64,000 nt of DNA from an uncultured Gammaproteobacteria bacterium (GTDB taxonomy: Bacteria; Pseudomonadota; Gammaproteobacteria; Steroidobacterales; Woeseiaceae). The translations under genes and the position numbers were made by a program. Every line of letters starts with the position of its first letter. Position 1 is the stretch's first letter. Positions 62,233 to 64,000 of this stretch are shown here, one piece after another. The notes beneath the pieces are model-generated. The model had not been told where the DNA came from. It ran no database searches and saw nothing but the letters and a program-made list of their open reading frames with translations. Location of the stretch: positions 5,741-69,740 of the forward strand of contig CAVZRD010000011.1 in NCBI GenBank assembly GCA_963777675.1. The letters are read 5' to 3'.

Positions 62233-63576
62233 TCAGATCCCATAGGCATGTTTGAGCAGTGACATCGGATTGCCCGCGGTGTGTCCTTCGAGGCCGTCGG
62301 CGATCTGCTCGGCAGCCATCGGGCAGTCACTGACGAAGTGGTCTGCCTCGGCCTTGCCTACCCTGCCGATCACCGGCCGTGCGATCTTCTTCGACTGCTC
62401 GTGAAACTCCTTCTTCACGGCGTAGGTGCCGTCGTGACCCGAACAGCGTTCGATCGCCTCGACCTCCGTTCCCGGCACGAGCTGCAGCACGTCGCGCGTC
62501 TTCAGGCCGATGTTCTGCACGCGAAGGTGGCAGGGGACCTGGTAGGAGACCTTGCCGAGGGGATTTTTGAAGTCCGTGCGCAGCTTGCCGTCCTTGTGGC
62601 GCAGCATCAGGTATTCGAACGGGTCGAAGGTGGCGTCGCGGACCTTCAGGACCTCGGGATCGTCCGGGAACATCAGCGGCAGTTCCTGCTTGAACATCAG
62701 GGTGCACGACGGGATCGGCGTCACGATGTCCCAGCCCTTGTCGACCCAGCTCGCCAGTACCGGGACATTGACGTCCTTCGCCTTCGCCACGGCCTCGAGG
62801 TCGCCCAGTTCCAGCTTGGGCATGCCGCAACACACCTCCTTCTCGGCGAGCGCGACCGGGATGCCGTTGTGTTCGAAGACGCCGGCGAGGTCGACGTCGA
62901 TCGCCGGATGATTGCGATTGCCGTAGCAGGTCGTGTAGAGCACGACGCGGCCGCGTGTCGAGGAAGTCGGCTCGGCGCCTTCGCCGGAAGCGCCCTCTTT
63001 TGCGCGTAGCTGCTTGCGCGCGGACTTCGAGTGGTAGCTCGGGATTGGCGCGTCTCGATGCACACCCAGGGTTGCCTGCAGCAGTCCCCTTCCCGCGCTG
63101 CTTCGATTCGCCGCATTGACGAGCTGCGCGACCACCGGGATGCCCGCCAGCTTGCCGATCGTGTCGGTCGCACTCAGCGTGCGGTCGCGGAACGAGGCGC
63201 CCTGCGTCTTGAAACGGGCCGCCTTGGCCCGCAGCATCAGGTGCGGGAAGTCGACGTTCCATTCGTGCGGCGGCACATACGGACACTTCGTCATGTAACA
63301 CATGTCGCACAGGTAGCAGTGGTCGACGACGTCCCAGTAGACCGGTTTCGCCACGCCGTCGAGTTCCATCGTCTCGGACTCGTCGATGGCATCGAAGAGG
63401 GTCGGGAAGGCATTGCAGAGATTGAAGCAGCGTCGGCAGCCGTGACAGATCTCGAACACGCGCTCGAGTTCGGCGTCGAGCGCGGTCTCGTCGTAGAAGG
63501 CGTCGCTGCGCCAGTCGAGGGGATGGCGAGTCGGAGCCTCGAGACTCCCCTCGCGTCGGTCAGTGGGTCCGGCCAT
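62233..63576 (-). CDS. (Fe-S)-binding protein with CCG domains (heterodisulfide reductase HdrD / GlpC-like)
   Basis: Start at MAGPTDRREG (ATG 63576). Ferredoxin-type clusters CHGCRRCFNLC and CYLCDMCYMTKCP. CCG motifs (EVCCGMP, RCSGHDG). Confidence 0.8.
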   Translation of the reverse strand: MAGPTDRREGSLEAPTRHPLDWRSDAFYDETALDAELERVFEICHGCRRCFNLCNAFPTLFDAIDESETMELDGVAKPVYWDVVDHCYLCDMCYMTKCPYVPPHEWNVDFPHLMLRAKAARFKTQGASFRDRTLSATDTIGKLAGIPVVAQLVNAANRSSAGRGLLQATLGVHRDAPIPSYHSKSARKQLRAKEGASGEGAEPTSSTRGRVVLYTTCYGNRNHPAIDVDLAGVFEHNGIPVALAEKEVCCGMPKLELGDLEAVAKAKDVNVPVLASWVDKGWDIVTPIPSCTLMFKQELPLMFPDDPEVLKVRDATFDPFEYLMLRHKDGKLRTDFKNPLGKVSYQVPCHLRVQNIGLKTRDVLQLVPGTEVEAIERCSGHDGTYAVKKEFHEQSKKIARPVIGRVGKAEADHFVSDCPMAAEQIADGLEGHTAGNPMSLLKHAYGI

Positions 63577-63629
63577 ATGTTTCGTCCAGGGACGTGGCCG
63601 CAGGAGGAACCGTAGCCGCCACGGGGTCA

Positions 63630-63653
63630 ATCGCGGCTAAAGCCGCTCCTACG
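63630..63653. repeat. REP variant A2, single copy
   Basis: ATCGCGGCTAAAGCCGCTCCTACG between the rubrerythrin and Fe-S genes. Confidence 0.9.
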
Positions 63654-63713
63654 AGCCGAGTTCGGGCATGCGGGTGCAGCCCCGAAGGCCGCGCCGCACG
63701 GCCGAACGGTTGC

Positions 63714-64000
63714 CTATTGGTCGAGCGTGTCGAGCGCCTTCTGGAAGCGGTTCGCGTGCGAGCGCTCGGCCTTGGCCAGCGTCTCGAACCAGTCGGCGAT
63801 CTCGTCGAAGCTCTCGTCCCGGGCCGTCTTGGCCATGCCCGGGTACATATCGGTGTACTCGTGGGTCTCGCCCGCGATCGCGGCCTTCAGGTTCTTCGCG
63901 GTCCCGCCGATCGGCAGGCCGGTGGCGGGATCGCCGACCTCCTCGAGGTACTCGAGATGGCCGTGTGCGTGGCCCGTCTCGCCTTCCGCGGTCGAACGAA
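63714..64000 (-). CDS. Rubrerythrin-family diiron protein (C-terminal part; N-terminus outside the window; no C-terminal rubredoxin domain)
   Basis: Minus strand reads ..[93 protein letters not shown], stop TAG at 63714..63716. Confidence 0.8.
   Translation of the reverse strand, partial: RSTAEGETGHAHGHLEYLEEVGDPATGLPIGGTAKNLKAAIAGETHEYTDMYPGMAKTARDESFDEIADWFETLAKAERSHANRFQKALDTLDQ

Overview
High-GC (~65%) gammaproteobacterial core-chromosome segment, almost fully coding, with E. coli/Pseudomonas-like synteny. Gene order: an exopolysaccharide locus (wza, wzi, sulfotransferase, methyltransferase, wzx, pgi, epimerase, sugar dehydrogenase; 1-9.2 kb), nhaB, dnaQ-rnhA-methyltransferase / mltD, fabI, a DAACS symporter, then ppiD, tRNA-Asp/Val, hupB, lon, clpX, clpP, tig and tRNA-Leu. 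Next come two unknown genes, tRNA-Lys, a tRNA His/Arg/Pro cluster, ppiA-lpxH and miaE. A long minus-strand block follows: receiver-like Ser/Thr kinase, purF, cvpA, dedD, folC, accD, truA, fimV, asd, aroC, prmB. The window ends with SCO-PCuAC-psd-epmA-msrC / efp, a FimX-like gene plus a second FimV-like gene, a RAYT transposase, parC-parE, and a DUF3501 / Fe-S / rubrerythrin trio. Main observations: (1) the tRNA-Arg(UCU) gene is interrupted in its anticodon loop by a 222-nt group I intron. (2) About 52 copies of one REP element (CCGTAGGAGCGGCTTCAGCCGCGAT) fill nearly every intergenic gap, often as 81-82 bp doublets (REPINs). The likely cognate REP-associated tyrosine transposase (RAYT) sits at 56.6-57.1 kb between two inverted 5-copy REP arrays. 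(3) REPs abut genes so tightly that they supply the stop codon of at least 7 genes. (4) There is a FimX-like degenerate GGDEF-EAL gene next to a FimV paralog, a pseudo-receiver Hanks kinase, and an unknown two-gene block between tRNA-Leu and tRNA-Lys. (5) Two regions (1-10.9 kb and 57.4-61.6 kb) carry many frame breaks, including in the normally indispensable parC and parE. These most likely reflect sequence quality, not biology. No rRNA, CRISPR, prophage or recognisable defence system was seen.
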